Positions 62,403 through 64,000 of a stretch of 64,000 nt of DNA are shown here, in pieces. This DNA comes from Mobula hypostoma (taxonomy: Eukaryota), in the NCBI RefSeq assembly GCF_963921235.1, contig NC_086097.1, forward strand, positions 80,230,001 to 80,294,000. The letters are read 5' to 3'. The notes under the pieces were generated by a model that ran no database searches, was not told the DNA's origin, and saw nothing but the letters and a program-made list of their open reading frames with translations. Within the stretch, counting starts at the first letter, position 1; every line of letters begins with the position of its first letter. A program made the translations under genes and the position numbers.

Positions 62403-63804
62403 TAATGTTGATGAAAACTTGTTTGAAGCATTAGACTTGAGCTACAAAATTGCACAAATCAGCTCTGCAGATTACATAGAGTGTCATTTCCCCTAACATC
62501 ATCCATTCTTCTTTGGTGCATACTCTTCCTTGTTCCTCTGGACTCATTAGAAACAAAAGTACCAGACTGAGAACATAAGGAAAACAGATTGAAAAATTTG
62601 GCTTCAGTGTATAAAGAACTGGAACCAGTGTACTTCCAGTATTCAGAGGTTATTATAAGGGCTTTGAAAGACAACTTAGATTGGCATCATTTACACCATT
62701 TGACTCAGAGGATCTGGATTAGTGTACTGAGGGTTTCAAGTATTCCTGTGATGGAATGTTTTTATAATGCATGACATCCTTCCCAATCCAGCTAAGCACT
62801 TTATATTCACCTGCTGTTCTCTTAGCATGTTAAACTGGGCTCAGGTCTACTATCCTTGTAGGATGTTAAATATCCCTCATCAGCCAAAAGAAACCTACAG
62901 CACTCATTGCCAGAATCATCCACTCTAATATTCCAAGCTGCTTACAGCAGTAGCTTTATTGTAAATTCCTTAGTAGCAAATTAAAACTGAAAATCAAAAT
63001 AATAGGATAACCTAGAAAAGTGAATGGTACTGAAGCACCTGGCTAGGTTCGGGACCAAAGCAGGGCTGGATGTCACCTTTTGAACCTCCTAGATGAGTAC
63101 ATATTTTCTCTCTCATCCGTTTTATCAAAGATCAGAGCTGTCATTGTTTTTTCTTATTGTTTATTTGTCCACCTTTTTAATTAGTGTTTTGTTCTTGATT
63201 AATTTAATTAATCATCCTCTGACTTAAAACACTTTTTCCAAATTCGTCAATTTCTTATACATCTGCTGTTTGTCTTCCCAACAGGCATCCTAATCTCTTT
63301 TTATCTTTTCAATCTGGCTAATCCCTGCTGAGTTTCTTCCACTGCCTGTTACTTGGCTATGCCACCTGCAATTAGACGAACAGTTTCAATTCTGTACTCT
63401 TTCTGTCAATGCAGAAATACTCTAAATTGCTCTTCCATTTCTTGCTGCTATTATGAAATCATCGGTTGACAGCCTAATAACTTGCTGAAGTTTCCATTCC
63501 CCAAAGTAAATGCTATTTAAGGTGCCTCAGCTTAAAAAGTTTTATCTGTACTTTGCTCTTTGGAAAGTAGACAGTCAAAATCTTCTCAGATGCCCTATCT
63601 TTTACTTGCTATTTTGAAGGCAAATTCAATTCCAGTTTTTTCTGTTTTGTACTTTTTCCACCAATGTTTCATTGACCTTTTATTGTTGACTCTGCTCTGT
63701 CTTGCTTATAGGAGATTCCTTGTCATTTTTTATTTTTCCTCTGTAGAGGTATAGATACTGCTTTCTAATTCAAATCAAGTGTTTACTCTAAATAGTAAAC
63801 AATA

Positions 63805-64000
63805 CAGGAAGGACGTAGAGGTTTCAAGAGCTGCAGAAGAGATTCACCAGGGTGCTGCCTGGATTAGAGGGTATGAATTATAAAGAAAGGTCAGACAAAC
63901 TTGGATTGCTTTAGCTGGAGTGTTAGAGGCTGAGAGCACAGCTACATGAAACGCTGTTGCAGGAAAGCAGCATCCATCTTTGGGGGCCCCCACCACCCAG
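63805..64000 (+). mobile_element. CR1 fragment followed by a Rex1 fragment at the right edge
   Basis: YRKDVE..RFTRVLPGL, then RKAASI..PHHP. Confidence 0.7.

Overview
Repeat-dominated vertebrate genomic DNA with no recognisable host protein-coding gene. The repeat set (CR1 with (TTCTATG)n tails, Rex1/Babar, V/HE1-type SINEs, Penelope pLTRs) suggests a cartilaginous fish such as a ray; this is an inference. The window is a nested mosaic of CR1 and Rex1 LINE fragments, a full-length RTE/BovB-like LINE with an 11-bp TSD, a full-length degenerate Gypsy element with a PNMA-like gag, a sushi-type chromovirus remnant, two copies of a non-coding LTR element family, solo LTRs, a Tc1-type MITE, tRNA SINEs and Penelope pieces carrying minimal hammerhead ribozymes. 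The main result is a minus-strand endogenous retrovirus at 49579-59092, reconstructed by hand across frameshifts and later insertions. Its layout is LTR, tRNA-Ser PBS, ERV-L/S (class III)-type gag, start of pro, a gap, the 3' half of integrase with no dUTPase, a gamma-type env, PPT and LTR, inserted in a CR1 with a 5-bp TSD. Its gag carries a sense-oriented 28S rRNA fragment joined by microhomology. A tRNA SINE at about 47.1 kb contains an HDV/CPEB3-like double-pseudoknot ribozyme fold. All family assignments come from motif recognition by eye; no database searches were run.
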